Positions 45,844-57,400 are shown, numbered from the stretch's first letter. The stretch: DNA of 64,000 nucleotides from Candidatus Poseidoniaceae archaeon (GCA_965662895.1 CBFIJH010000010.1:4563-68562), one strand, 5' to 3'. The notes: generated by a model from the letters alone, not told the origin. A program made the numbers and translations.

Positions 45844-46854
45844 ATGGGGGATGGTATTGCTTTGCAGTTTACCTCCATCGGGTACCGCCATGAAATTTCA
45901 GATCCAACATGGTACGATCCGTTCAAGAAACGCAAAGGGGCAGGCATCTCACATGTCGATTTGTCCATCCACAAGGGAAGTATTGTAGGACTGGTTGGCA
46001 CAAACGGAGCGGGAAAAACCACGCTCTTGCGAATGATTTCAGGCATATTACCGCTTGAAGAGGGGAACGCTTCCAAAAACGACCTCCCTCTTGAAGTCGA
46101 AACATTACGTTCAATCGTTGGGTTCATGCCTGAACAAGTTCGCTGGTCAGGCCAACAGACCGTGCGTCAGACAATTATCGAATTCGCACATTTACGTGGC
46201 TGCTCAGTCCAATCAGCGACGGATGTCCTCAACGTTGTTGGATTAAAGAACCGAGCCGACGTTTCGCTTGATTCACTGAGCCAAGGAATGCGACAACGCC
46301 TCTCGCTTGGGGTCGCATTGCTCGGGTCGCCTGAACTCCTCGTACTTGACGAACCGTTTAACGGAATGGATCCAGTGGCGATTGATGCGTTCAAACGATT
46401 GTTACGAACCATGGCGAAAAAAGGGATATCCATCGCCATTTCAAGCCACCACTTGACCGAATTGGATGGTCTCGTGGATACGATTGCTTTGCTTCATCGT
46501 GGCCAATTGTTGGCCCATGAAACGGTTGAATCGCTTCAACAATCGCTTGGTTTTGATCGTGTGACTGAACTGGTTCTTGATAGAAAAATCCCATCCGAAA
46601 TGGAGAATACACTGAATGTACTCGATTACAGCGAGACTACAAAGCAGCATCGCTACATCATCAAGTCAGCACATCCAGAACTTCTCAACCAATTGGTGGA
46701 AGATGGTTTTCATATCTCCACATGGCGGGTTGTTCCTCCAACACTGATTGAATTGCTCTGTGCTGCAACCGGACTTGATCGAGAATCGATTGGCATGGAT
46801 GTTGAACAAAGCAGTATGATTCCATTGAGGCCCGTCGGAGGTGAAGAAGAATGA
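45844..46854 (+). CDS. ABC-2-type transporter ATP-binding protein
   Basis: Walker A (GTNGAGKTT), signature (LSQGMRQRL) and Walker B (LLVLDEP) are present, with a C-terminal extension. Confidence 0.85.
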   Translation: MGDGIALQFTSIGYRHEISDPTWYDPFKKRKGAGISHVDLSIHKGSIVGLVGTNGAGKTTLLRMISGILPLEEGNASKNDLPLEVETLRSIVGFMPEQVRWSGQQTVRQTIIEFAHLRGCSVQSATDVLNVVGLKNRADVSLDSLSQGMRQRLSLGVALLGSPELLVLDEPFNGMDPVAIDAFKRLLRTMAKKGISIAISSHHLTELDGLVDTIALLHRGQLLAHETVESLQQSLGFDRVTELVLDRKIPSEMENTLNVLDYSETTKQHRYIIKSAHPELLNQLVEDGFHISTWRVVPPTLIELLCAATGLDRESIGMDVEQSSMIPLRPVGGEEE

Positions 46855-47681
46855 CCCCCACGAAACGGATGTTTTCCCTCACCTATGCGCTGGCAAGGGA
46901 GCGTTTCTTCTCAACACGGATGCTCATCATGTTGCCGATTCTTCTCCTCTTTATTCCTGGGATGGCTTGGGGATTTTCGGACCCAAACATCCAACTGCCT
47001 GCGGATCAAATCCCTGAAAATGCGACGGAAACGATGTTCCTTGCAAGCATAGGCATTGTGTTCGCAGGAACGATGGCTGCGGTTCTGATCGCACATGATG
47101 GCATAAGTCGAGATCGAGCAAGTGGTGTCCTCGAAATCCGCCTCTCGCAACCTATGCCTCGTTGGCGACAGGGATTCACTTTGATTGCAGGCCACTGGAT
47201 GAGTATTGCAGCCCCCGTAACGGGACTTCTTGTCATCTCAATGCTTCTCGTTGGCTACCGTAGTGGAATGTACATCCCACTTCTTGATGCTGTCGTCTAC
47301 ATCGTCGCAGCAATGTTGATCTTGCTGTGGTACACGGTATTTGCTCTACTTGCCTCAAGTATTGCAAGAGAGCAGGGTTCAGCAATCGCTTTCTCGATTG
47401 GGCTTTGGTTTCTTTTTACATTACTATGGGTTCTTTTCACAACACTTCTCGCAGCCCTCAATGGCGTACCTGTAGGGGACAGTCAAGACCAGAGTTTCCT
47501 CGCATTTGAGGGTCGATTGGACCTTCTTTCTCCAAATGGTGTGTATCATCACCTGCTTGAGACCCGTTTGGATGGCGTGGAACGTGGCGTCTCCGCCTTC
47601 GGAGCCTACATTGCTGCTGTCCTTTGGACACTACTTCCACTTTACTTCTTCCAGCGAAGGATGAATCGGCTCGTTCCATGA
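46851..47681 (+). CDS. ABC-2-type transporter permease
   Basis: It is a 6-TM protein, and its start overlaps the ATPase stop. Confidence 0.65.
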   Translation: MTPTKRMFSLTYALARERFFSTRMLIMLPILLLFIPGMAWGFSDPNIQLPADQIPENATETMFLASIGIVFAGTMAAVLIAHDGISRDRASGVLEIRLSQPMPRWRQGFTLIAGHWMSIAAPVTGLLVISMLLVGYRSGMYIPLLDAVVYIVAAMLILLWYTVFALLASSIAREQGSAIAFSIGLWFLFTLLWVLFTTLLAALNGVPVGDSQDQSFLAFEGRLDLLSPNGVYHHLLETRLDGVERGVSAFGAYIAAVLWTLLPLYFFQRRMNRLVP

Positions 47682-47727
47682 CGATTCGTAACCAAGCATT
47701 GATGAACAAAGTCGTTGTCGTACAACC

Positions 47728-49644
47728 ATGATACCAGTTCTCATCATGATGCTCCTTGCTCTAATGAGCCCATCGATTGAAATGTCCACTTTGGAAGATG
47801 GCGACGCTGTACAAAACACATCCGGACGTCAAGGAAGTCTCGATGTTGATTGCAGTGGATACACATTTGAGGACCTGTTTGAATACAATTTTGCGCTCTT
47901 CACTCTTGACGTCAACGACGATTGGGCGACTGGCGTAATGGATGCGAAAGCCTGGGTCAACGGGAGTAAATCTGCCATTGTACGAGATAACCTCGACAGC
48001 CTCTTCGAAGGCGTTCCCGGTGGCGATGATGACTGGATTTCCACCGACGAGCGAGAGGCAGTACGCCAGATTGGCCCGAGATGTATTGCTGACATGGAAA
48101 CACGGCTTGGAATCCGTGAGGGGCCATCTCATCGAGGCAATGTCGATTGGAATGACCTTGAGTTCGTTGAAGACGGTATTGCACTTGACGAAGTAAACCT
48201 CGTTCCTGCAGGACACGAGCAAGAACGAGATTGTACTGCCCTACTTTCCGATGATGGATGCAAAGAGGTTCCAGTATCCATAACAGATGATCTTGAGATT
48301 CATCTCCTCCTTGCAGACGATCAAAACAACAACGTGCGATTTGACCAACTTCCGAATCAAGGGAGTTCGAATTTTACGCTTGCGATGAACATTACCAACA
48401 TTACCGACGCACGATTGGTCATGACCTTCCCTGTTCAGCAAGGCCTTCGAGTTGCCGAAATGGGTTTCTTTGATGACGGAGTGCTCAACGAAAACCTTGC
48501 AGCTCCTGTTAGCGAATTCCTTCCTGATGGAAGACTACGTATCGTAGCGGATGTTGATTACCCTCTTGGCTCCTATCCAATGATACGAAATCTCTTCGTT
48601 GACTTTACAACAATGGCGCCATTCACGAACGATAACCCAGTGTGGAGTGCTACGGCTCCTGCCGATGGGACAATCATCCCTGTCGGAACAACCAATGGCG
48701 AGATGCTTGCAACTGAAGCTGCAGGCATGTGGGTGATCGATGAAAGTGGTTGGAGTTTGCAATGCGACTTCGCAGATGCAGGTTGGGATGTTCGAATGGA
48801 TGAAAATGCCGCACTGTTCGTAACGGCAAACGGTGATTCAGCCGTAGCCCAATGCGCAGGTGTTGATGCGTATGGTGCCGAAACAGAAGAACATCGGAAC
48901 TACACGTTTGGCAAAGTGATGGACGCGAGTGCAGTCTTGTCAACCGATGGAGATGTCATTGAGTTTTCGCCAACCTCGACAGGTCTTGTTCCCAGCGTGA
49001 CCGTAACGGCACATGCTCACCAGATGTCAAAGACAGGACCTGATGCAACCGCTGTTGCAAATGCGAACGGTGTGGTCATGGAACTGTCCATGTCTGGTCT
49101 TTCACCCGGAGATGTCATGATCATGGGCACGGCTACCGCAAATGGTATGCTTGACTACAACTTCATGCTCGACTTAGGAATCGAAAAAATGAACAAACCT
49201 CCTGCCATTACCATCAACACAAACCTTCAGGGAGAAGAAGCTGAATGGGAACTCGATGGATTGAAGTTTACACTCAATGGAAATGTGATTGATCCAGACG
49301 GCCAGGACGTAACCATGACGCTCAGTATTTGCAACGGTCAAACTTCGAATTTCAATCGAGACAATCTTGCATGGGAAATTCAAGTTTCGATTGCAAATTG
49401 CATCCAGAATAATGTTGAATCACCATACACAGTTACCATCATCGCAGAGGATGAGTCACTGGAAAAAACCACCCTCACCATCGAAGTTGCTGATCCAAAC
49501 ACAGGAGGCAGTGATGCGAGCGATGACTCAAGCAATTCCGATACTGATGCAGAGGGGGGTAACATCCTCCCTGCACCGGGATTAATTGCAACCCTCATGA
49601 TTGGATTTTTAGCGGCAGGATGGGTTTCATCCCGCCGAACTTGA
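47728..49644 (+). CDS. large secreted surface protein with signal peptide, acidic Ser/Asp linker and PGF-CTERM-like anchor
   Basis: A signal peptide ([16 protein letters not shown]) is present. The C-terminus is [46 protein letters not shown]. Confidence 0.6.
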   Translation: MIPVLIMMLLALMSPSIEMSTLEDGDAVQNTSGRQGSLDVDCSGYTFEDLFEYNFALFTLDVNDDWATGVMDAKAWVNGSKSAIVRDNLDSLFEGVPGGDDDWISTDEREAVRQIGPRCIADMETRLGIREGPSHRGNVDWNDLEFVEDGIALDEVNLVPAGHEQERDCTALLSDDGCKEVPVSITDDLEIHLLLADDQNNNVRFDQLPNQGSSNFTLAMNITNITDARLVMTFPVQQGLRVAEMGFFDDGVLNENLAAPVSEFLPDGRLRIVADVDYPLGSYPMIRNLFVDFTTMAPFTNDNPVWSATAPADGTIIPVGTTNGEMLATEAAGMWVIDESGWSLQCDFADAGWDVRMDENAALFVTANGDSAVAQCAGVDAYGAETEEHRNYTFGKVMDASAVLSTDGDVIEFSPTSTGLVPSVTVTAHAHQMSKTGPDATAVANANGVVMELSMSGLSPGDVMIMGTATANGMLDYNFMLDLGIEKMNKPPAITINTNLQGEEAEWELDGLKFTLNGNVIDPDGQDVTMTLSICNGQTSNFNRDNLAWEIQVSIANCIQNNVESPYTVTIIAEDESLEKTTLTIEVADPNTGGSDASDDSSNSDTDAEGGNILPAPGLIATLMIGFLAAGWVSSRRT

Positions 49645-49663
49645 CCAACAGACTCAAACATGG

Positions 49664-50650
49664 TTGGCAGACAGAGCGGGAATGAGGGCTATGTTTCGAG
49701 GCACTGTTGACCGCTCAAGCCATGAAGGTGGCCTCCTCGTGAAATTCAGTGGTTCATCACCCGCTCTCGGATCAATTATCGTTCGTGAAGAGGATGGCCA
49801 TTACATTGGCAAAATTGATGCTGTTCTCGGTTCAACAGACTCACCATTAGCGCATGTTGCTCACCTCGATCGTAAGCAGGACAATGCATCCTTCTTGGGT
49901 TCAACTGTCATCGTTCGAGCCAAGAAAGAACGTGAAGAACGCCCTCCTCGTCATGAGCAACGAAACGATCGTCGACAAGAACGAAATGAGCGTTCCTTTG
50001 ACCGTCGAGATGGCCGTTCAAGAAATGACGCTCAAAAAGACGATTGGGTATGTGCATCGTGTGAAAATGTCAACTTCTCATGGAGAAAGGAATGCAACAG
50101 TTGCGGTAAATCCAAAGATGGTAATGTGAAAGAATACAAGTCATCGTTCAGAAATGACAACCATTCCAACAATCGCCGTGAACGGCCTCGTCAGGAAAAC
50201 CATGGCCGGAACGACTGGGAATGCCCTGCATGCAACAATATCAATTTCTCATTCCGAACGGAATGCAACAAATGTGGAAAACCGAAACCAGGGGGTCGAG
50301 GCGGTGGACATTCACGTGGAGGACGTGATTCCAACCGTCGTGGTGGTTTCCGTGGAGGACGTGATTCTAACCGACGTGGTGGAAACCGAGACAGAGGGCG
50401 AAACTTTGGAGGAAATCGAGACGGTCGTGATTCCGACCGTCGTGGTGGAAACCGAGACAGAGGGCGAAACTCTGGAGAAAACAGAGGTGATCGAGATTCA
50501 GGACGAGGTCGGTCAAATCGTGATCGTGACAATCAACGTCCGAATGAGCGCTATCGAAAGGCTCGAGGAAAGCGACCTGGACATGCACACAATCGAGGTC
50601 CACAACCTATCCGGCCGCGGCGATATCAACGAAGAGATCAAGACGATTGA
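49664..50650 (+). CDS. Gar1-like H/ACA RNP domain fused to two RanBP2-type zinc fingers and an RGG/RDS-repeat tail
   Basis: The N-terminal ~85 aa match the Gar1 barrel pattern ([18 protein letters not shown]...[18 protein letters not shown]...FLGSTVIV). The first zinc finger is [22 protein letters not shown] (50045-50104) and the second is [22 protein letters not shown] (50216-50281). Both fit W-x-C-x2-C-x3-N-x6-C-x2-C exactly. An ([11 protein letters not shown])n tail follows. Confidence 0.7.
   Translation: MADRAGMRAMFRGTVDRSSHEGGLLVKFSGSSPALGSIIVREEDGHYIGKIDAVLGSTDSPLAHVAHLDRKQDNASFLGSTVIVRAKKEREERPPRHEQRNDRRQERNERSFDRRDGRSRNDAQKDDWVCASCENVNFSWRKECNSCGKSKDGNVKEYKSSFRNDNHSNNRRERPRQENHGRNDWECPACNNINFSFRTECNKCGKPKPGGRGGGHSRGGRDSNRRGGFRGGRDSNRRGGNRDRGRNFGGNRDGRDSDRRGGNRDRGRNSGENRGDRDSGRGRSNRDRDNQRPNERYRKARGKRPGHAHNRGPQPIRPRRYQRRDQDD
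50285..50534 (+). repeat. nested ~46- and ~66-nt tandem DNA repeats encoding the RGG/RDS tail
   Basis: ggaggacgtgattc[c/t]aaccg[t/a]cgtggtgg is duplicated, and cgtggtggaaaccgagacagagggcgaaact occurs twice (~50375 and ~50441). Confidence 0.8.
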
Positions 50651-50661
50651 GGTGAAAAAAC

Positions 50662-51699
50662 GTGACAGCAGAATCACACTATCTCGATGCACTCGAAGCA
50701 CTGGAAGCGGATGAACGAGATGAAGCATTGAAGCATGCTCGAAAAGCTGTCAAGCTCGATTCGGAGCATGCTGATGCTTGGAGAATCATCTCTGATGCAA
50801 GCCTTCCTGGTCAACGGAAACAGCCAACACTGAAGCAGGCGGCTTCTTCTCTTTCTGCCGCAAAAAAAGTTGTCGCCCTTCAACCTGATGATTTGGCTAT
50901 GTGGGTTCGCGGTGGGCGTTTGCTCTCAGATGAACTTGGCCTGTATATGGACGCCCTTCAGTGGTGGCAGGATGCTCGACATCATGCACCTGACGAAGTA
51001 ACACCCATCGTTGAGCAAGCAGCAATATTGGCAGATATGGGACTTTACGGAGAAGCGAGTGAACGACTTCAATCCATCTTCGATGAGAATATGGATCTTG
51101 CTACAACACAATACGCACGGGTCGCTCGTTTGCATCAAATGTGTCAATTGGCCAGTGAGCAACCCTCCTCTGAGCACTTCAAACCGTGGGAAAAGCATCA
51201 CGATGGTTGGGAAGCAATCAAATTGCGAATGAACAAACCTCCGATTAGTGAATCGAAGATTTTCCTTCTTGTTACAACACCTATTCTGATGCTTGAAGTC
51301 ATCATGGCGCCTCAAGTCTTTGGTTCGAGTTTTGGAGGATTCTGTTTAACATCCGCACTTATTTTGTTCACGGTTATCATCGGAATGCGAATCTCACGAC
51401 GATGGTTCCAACGACTGAATCGTCCTGCATTCAATCTCCTACGGGCCATGGACTTCGAAACCGCAACCGGATACGTCGTCATTCCTGAAGAAATCCGTAT
51501 CTCCAAACTGTCCATGTTTATCTTGAGCAGAAGACCACCTGCGTTTCAAGAACGCATGCTGAAGATTGTAGAATCGAAAGAGACATTCAAGGGAGATTGG
51601 AAACCAAAACTCCCCGATTTTTCTTCCCATATTACGGATATGGAACCTTTCTGGGAAGAAGACTCTGAGGATGAACTCAGTTCATTCGAAGAGGAATAA
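50662..51699 (+). CDS. hypothetical protein with N-terminal TPR-like helical region, central TM segments and acidic C-terminus
   Basis: A helical-repeat N-terminus (ALKHARKAVKLDSEHADAWRI) is present, and hydrophobic helices at about aa 190-245. The final 345-aa ORF ends EDELSSFEEE. Confidence 0.45.
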   Translation: MTAESHYLDALEALEADERDEALKHARKAVKLDSEHADAWRIISDASLPGQRKQPTLKQAASSLSAAKKVVALQPDDLAMWVRGGRLLSDELGLYMDALQWWQDARHHAPDEVTPIVEQAAILADMGLYGEASERLQSIFDENMDLATTQYARVARLHQMCQLASEQPSSEHFKPWEKHHDGWEAIKLRMNKPPISESKIFLLVTTPILMLEVIMAPQVFGSSFGGFCLTSALILFTVIIGMRISRRWFQRLNRPAFNLLRAMDFETATGYVVIPEEIRISKLSMFILSRRPPAFQERMLKIVESKETFKGDWKPKLPDFSSHITDMEPFWEEDSEDELSSFEEE

Positions 51700-51725
51700 T
51701 CCTCTCATGCTTTGGTTGCTCGCAT

Positions 51726-52973
51726 TCAGAGCGCAGCTTGGAATGCATCGATGACTTCTTGTTTTAGTTTCTCCCAAGGAAAGGTCGCTCCCGAAGGTTG
51801 ACGGCCGAAGTGACCACCTGCAGCAGTAACACCGTAGATAGGTGCTGCGAGCCCGAGATCACGAATGATATGCCCCGGTTTGAACGAAAAGTGCGCATCA
51901 ACAAGTTGAGCGATGGCATCGTCTGAGATTCTACCACTTCCAAAGGTGTCAACACGGATACTAACAGGGTCTGCAACACCAATCGCATAAGCCAGTTGAA
52001 TCTCGCATTCTGTCGATAGCCCTGCGGCTACGACGTGTTTCGCTGCCCAGCGGGCAGCATAAGCAGCAGAACGATCGACCTTTGTCGGGTCCTTGCCAGA
52101 AAACGCTCCACCACCATGCCGTCCACGACCACCGTACGTATCGACAATGATTTTTCGTCCAGTTAGGCCTGCATCTGCATAAGGACCACCTGGATCTGCG
52201 AACCGACCGGTTGAATTTACGTGAATTGTCGTCTTCTCTTCAAGGATGAGAGTTGATGGGACAACAGGTTCGATGATGTGTTGAATGACTTGTTCACGTA
52301 TCCAAGCCTGTTCTGCCTGCTCTGAGCCAAATTCTGCAATCATATCTTGATGCTGAACTGCAATAACGATGTTATCGGCATAAAGCGGTTGACCGTCCGT
52401 GCCATGCATCAGTGTCACCTGAGATTTCGCATCAGGTCGAGCCCATGGAAGTGTTCCATCGAGACCCGCTTTGCTCACTTTACGAGTTAACGCTTGAGAG
52501 AGTGCAATAGCCAAAGGCATCCAACGTCCTTGATGTTCGGGATAAGATTCGGTCTCATCGCATGCATAACCGAACATGAGTCCTTGATCGCCAGCACCTT
52601 GCTCATCAATGGACTGAACAACACCACGGTTGATATGAGCAGATTGATTTGTGATTAATTCCGTCACCTCGCACAGTTCTTCTGATGTTGCATCCATACC
52701 AATACTGTGCGATGTGTATCCAATGTTGGCTGCAGTTTTTCGGGCGATGGCGACATAATCTGGAGCATCGATACCGGTTGCAAGTTTCACCTCACCAGCA
52801 AGCACAATGTGTGAACGATCTTCTCGACCTTTTACGAGAGTTTCAACAGCAACCTTCGCTTTTGGGTCAAGTGAGAGACAAGCATCAACAATGGCATCAG
52901 AAATAGCATCGCATAATTTGTCAGGGTGGCCTGCAGCCACTGACTCAGAGGTAAACAACCAGTTTTGTGCCAT
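51726..52973 (-). CDS. metK: S-adenosylmethionine synthetase, bacterial/eukaryotic MetK type
   Basis: ESVAAGHPDKLCDAISDAIVDA and the GAGDQGLMFGYA signature are present, plus the C-terminal GGGAFSGKDPTKVDRSAAY. Confidence 0.9.
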   Translation of the reverse strand: MAQNWLFTSESVAAGHPDKLCDAISDAIVDACLSLDPKAKVAVETLVKGREDRSHIVLAGEVKLATGIDAPDYVAIARKTAANIGYTSHSIGMDATSEELCEVTELITNQSAHINRGVVQSIDEQGAGDQGLMFGYACDETESYPEHQGRWMPLAIALSQALTRKVSKAGLDGTLPWARPDAKSQVTLMHGTDGQPLYADNIVIAVQHQDMIAEFGSEQAEQAWIREQVIQHIIEPVVPSTLILEEKTTIHVNSTGRFADPGGPYADAGLTGRKIIVDTYGGRGRHGGGAFSGKDPTKVDRSAAYAARWAAKHVVAAGLSTECEIQLAYAIGVADPVSIRVDTFGSGRISDDAIAQLVDAHFSFKPGHIIRDLGLAAPIYGVTAAGGHFGRQPSGATFPWEKLKQEVIDAFQAAL

Positions 52974-53102
52974 AAATGGCCCCTATCCCATCCGCTATTC
53001 AAGACTTGCTGTAGGTGTACTCTTCGATACTGCTCCACATCCAGGATGAATCCAAACTTCATCGGATGCGGATTGATGGTAGGTTCGGACAACAACTGAA
53101 CA

Positions 53103-54377
53103 TCAGGTTCCGATGGTGTAATCATCCTGATAGGCGATTTGGGCATCGGTTAGTTTGTCGATTCGGAAGCCAAGTGTTGCGAGTTTTGTTGTTGCAAGTT
53201 CTTCATCTTGCTCTCTGGTAATATCGTAGACTTCAGGACCCATCGAACTCCCGTCTTTTGCGAGACGGCAAAGAGAGAGGAACTGATTTGCAAACGACAT
53301 GTCCATCACCTCTGAAGGATGTCCTTCAGCAGCGGCAAGATTGACCAGACGACCCCGTGCAAGCAAGAAGATTCGACGACCATCAGGCATGAGGAATTCT
53401 TCGTTATCTTGTCGAATGGTGCGGACAGATTCAGCCTGTGCTTCCAAATCTGTAATTTTTATTTCACAATCGTAATGCCCTGTATTGCAGACAATTGCTC
53501 CGTCTTTCATAACGGCAAAGTGACGATCAACAATGATGTCTTCCATACCGGTTGCTGTACAGAAGATGTCACCCAAGGCTGCTGCTTCATCCATTGGCAT
53601 AACACGGTATCCGTCCATAACAGCACGTAGTGCTGCAAGGGGGTCAACTTCAGTGACAATCACGTTCGCTCCAAGCCCTTGAGCACGCATAGCAACACCT
53701 TTTGCACAATGCCCATATCCTGCAACAACCATGGTTTTTCCTGCAATCAATACTGAGGTCGCTCGCAAGATACCGTCCATTGTTGATTGGCCTGTCCCAT
53801 AGACGTTATCAAAATCCCATTTTGTAATGGCGTCATTGACAGCTATGACAGGGTACTTGAGATCACCTGCAGCAGCCATAGCTCGAAGACGATGTACACC
53901 AGTTGTTGTCTCTTCAGTTCCACCGATGACACCTTCAGCATATTCTGAGCGGTCACCATGAACCCGAACAATCAAGTCTGCACCATCATCAAGAGTCAGC
54001 GTCGGTTTGAACTCGAGCGTCTTATCGATGCACCAATAGAAGTCATCAACACTTTGTCCGTGCCATGCATAAACTGAGTATCCTTCACGAGCAAGCCAAG
54101 CAGCGACGTCATCTTGTGTCGAGAGAGGGTTGCAGCCAGACCAGGAGAGTTCCGCACCTGCTGCTGCTATCGTCTCGATGAGGACAGCCGTTTCTTTGGT
54201 CACGTGAAGGCATCCAGCCACTCGCATGCCAGCGAGCGGCTTGCTTCGTTCTGCTTCTTCTCTTAAGGCAGAAAGCACCGGCATTCTTGAGCGTGCCCAG
54301 TCAACTCTCAGTGATCCTTCTTCAGCAAGCTCAATGTCTCGGACAGCGTAGCCGTCACCGGTATCCAAACCTTCCAT
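53103..54377 (-). CDS. ahcY: adenosylhomocysteinase
   Basis: HVTKETAVLIETIAAAGAEL, the NAD-binding GYGHCAKG, and a length of 424 aa all fit SAH hydrolase. Confidence 0.85.
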   Translation of the reverse strand: MEGLDTGDGYAVRDIELAEEGSLRVDWARSRMPVLSALREEAERSKPLAGMRVAGCLHVTKETAVLIETIAAAGAELSWSGCNPLSTQDDVAAWLAREGYSVYAWHGQSVDDFYWCIDKTLEFKPTLTLDDGADLIVRVHGDRSEYAEGVIGGTEETTTGVHRLRAMAAAGDLKYPVIAVNDAITKWDFDNVYGTGQSTMDGILRATSVLIAGKTMVVAGYGHCAKGVAMRAQGLGANVIVTEVDPLAALRAVMDGYRVMPMDEAAALGDIFCTATGMEDIIVDRHFAVMKDGAIVCNTGHYDCEIKITDLEAQAESVRTIRQDNEEFLMPDGRRIFLLARGRLVNLAAAEGHPSEVMDMSFANQFLSLCRLAKDGSSMGPEVYDITREQDEELATTKLATLGFRIDKLTDAQIAYQDDYTIGT

Positions 54378-54438
54378 AACCTGCCCGGTCGTTTGGGGTT
54401 TTTCAACCCATCTTCACGACCATGGGGCTTTGGGGAGG

Positions 54439-57400
54439 CTATTGTTGCTGTTGCGCTTGAGCAGCATATTGTTGAGCATACTGTGCAGCCGTTGCCTCAT
54501 CGTAACCTTGCGCTACGAACTGTTGGTAGTACTGATTGTAGTATTGCGTGTACAAATCATTGCTCGCAGCGGGTGCAGCAGCAGCGGCAGGAGCCGCAGC
54601 AGCCTGTCCAACATACTGAGCGGCATAAGCTCGTGCGGTTTCCTCAGGATATCCTTGAGCAATCAATTGTTGCACATACTGTTCAGTCATGTCCATCTCT
54701 TGTCCATAACCAGCAGCAGCTGCACTCAAGTTGTCGATCTTCTCGCCGCTACCTCCACGGAGGAAGAGTACGGAAACAACGAGGAGCACCAAGACTGAGG
54801 CGATGATTCCTATGATGAGCATCATGCTATCGTCTTCTGTTTCTTCGCTTGATTGTTCGTTGTTTGACTGTTCAGTCCACTCGCCGGTTTCTGGGTCGTA
54901 GGTCCAATCACCATTTTCTGAAATCCAATCACACTGCAAGGTGGTAGTGTTCCAAACGAAACCACCGCCGGCAAGGGCAGCGCTTGAATTGGCAAGAACG
55001 CCACGACAGATACTCAATTTCACTCCTACCGACTTGGTAAGGTTGTCCGACCAACGCTCGTCATCACCTTCGTACACTCGAACCCAAATCTCTACTACTT
55101 CGCTTGTGTTGCTGTATCGGTCGCCGATGAAGAGCGACAATTCGAACGATTCTGAGTCGGAAAGAGCTTCCGTTCGGTCAAATCTGTTGTTGGATTGAAG
55201 ATTGTACTTCTCAATTGCAGATGCTTTGAAATCATCCTTGTTGAATGCTGCTTCAACATAGACTTCACCAGTTTCAGAACCTGAGAGTATGGTTCCAGTA
55301 ATGGTGTAGGTTTGATCGGAAACAAATCCGGACTCATTTGAGAAATCATCGTATTGGACTTCAGGCATTTCATCACCAAAACCATCAGGAACGACGACGA
55401 AATACATTCTGTATTTGTCAGAGAATTTGCCGGATGCGTCGTAAACGCGCAGTTCCATACGGATTTGAGACTCCGCTGTTCCTGAATCATCGACGGTTAC
55501 GTTCTTGAATCTGTAGGAGAAGAGTCCATTGCTTGCAGCGGTTTCCTCGAATGTGTGACCTTCCAAATTGAACGATGTGTCACCATAAGGCGCATCAAAG
55601 AAGATCTTCCATTCGTAGGTGACAATACCGTTGCTTCCGTCGATAGCGTCCGCATCGAAGGATTCACTAGCATCAAAGTGAACAACAAGTTCACCAGATT
55701 CAGGTAAAATGATTCGGTTGACGTCCCATTCCGCGCTCGATACGGTCTTCGTTCCAGTGAACTCAATGTTGTCAACATACTCATCTCGCATGTCAATGCT
55801 CATGTTTGCTTCAGGTGCAAATGCATCGGCCAGTACATCGTTTGTTTCAACAACTACCGAGATGATTCGAGCGTGACCTGCCTCATCATGAAGCATGAGC
55901 GTCACAGTCCATTGCGCACCCTGGAGACAACCTGTTGCTGAAGACAGGTCGGTCTTACAGAAGGTTGCTGTCGGGGACGCTTCGGAGATATGATCGGTTC
56001 CAGTCGCCATCGTCTGTCCCATCCAGTCGGTTGGGCCATCAAGAATCCAGTCTGCAGTTAATGGTACAGAGGTCCCTGTCATGTAAGCGAAATTGACCGT
56101 CGCATCGCTCTTCATGTAATGCGTTGCGTATCCACCGGTCGATGGGTCGATACCTGGCATCTCATCGTCAATTTTGAGGCCAAGATCTTGTCCCATCGAG
56201 CCAAAGCCTTCAGGATACGGCGTTACTGAGAATTCCAACATGTTTCCGAGAAGCGGGAAGGTTGTGCTGTCGGCTCGTGAGGAATACGTTGCAACATCGA
56301 TGGTCGAGACAATCATACCACCTTGGTAGTAGCTGCACGTACCCATAATGACGTCTTTGCTGTTTTCGCTTGTTCTCAAGAGGCTCTGGAAGTATCCACC
56401 GTCCTCCATGTAACCGTTGCAAACACCAGGAACATTCTGTGTGCTGACCGAGTTCGTATTGAGAACCGCAGTTGCAACCGTTCCATCGCCCTCAAATCCT
56501 TGGAAGGCTGTCGTTGAAACGTTGTCCATGATTGGGTGGAACGGATCAGCGATGTCGAGACCTGTGTACAGAATCTTCGTTCCGGGTGTGTCTCGGCTCT
56601 GAACGTCCATTCCGAACGGCAATCGACCGTTCAATCCGACATCAAGACCGTAAATTTGCGTACCTTGTGGACCAAGGTGTGCTTGGACGGTACCACCAGC
56701 GGACATGAACGACTCGAGAGTCTGTCGGTTGGCAGTTGACCCCAATTTTTGATAATAGCCACGGCCACCGCTTTCAACGTCTTTCGCTGCTACATCATCC
56801 TGCCATGGAAGGAGAATCTTGTCGTAATGCGTCATCCATCCAGAATCGAGATACGTGGTCCAATCGTTGATTGCAAACTGTGTGTAACTCATTCCTAGCG
56901 TTTGCAAGTCTTCCTTGATGGTGGAGGTTCGAGCGGTTGAATCGCTTAGGATAGCAACATCGATCTGATCGGCAAAGGTCGCGTGGAAATAACGAACGTT
57001 TCCACTCGGGTTTCCGTTTGCAAGTTCTGCGTGGAAGCTGATGTTGTAGGTATGGCCATCCATCCAATTGTTGAAGGAAGGGAACGTCAAATCAATTCGT
57101 TCGTTTGAGGCAAGTGCCGTGGTCGTCGAAGAGGATGATGCTTGATGGACTTGCATTCCGTCAGTTTCGTCAAAGACCGTCATGTAGAACATGTAATCTC
57201 CGCCGAGCACTCCGTTTGTTGCCCTGAGGTCCCAACTGTGGGCTAGACTACCATCGATTGGTAGAACACACTCGTAGGTACCATCATCAAGACATGCAAG
57301 TGTGCTCGGTTTACCGAGCGTGATGTCGACAGATTCGACGTTGAAAATCACCTGTTCGATGTTGTTCGAATCGCTCAACTCATTGTCACCAAACCAAGGG

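Noticed and set aside
50285-50534. Possible CRISPR-like direct repeats
   Set aside because: The repeats are contiguous, with no unique spacers. They are in-frame coding sequence for an RGG tail.
50154-50714. Alternative-frame ORF ([10 protein letters not shown]-type repeats) and minus-strand ORF 50191-50532 over the RGG region
   Set aside because: They are other-frame readings of the same tandem repeat. The Gar1-ZnF frame alone carries recognisable domains.
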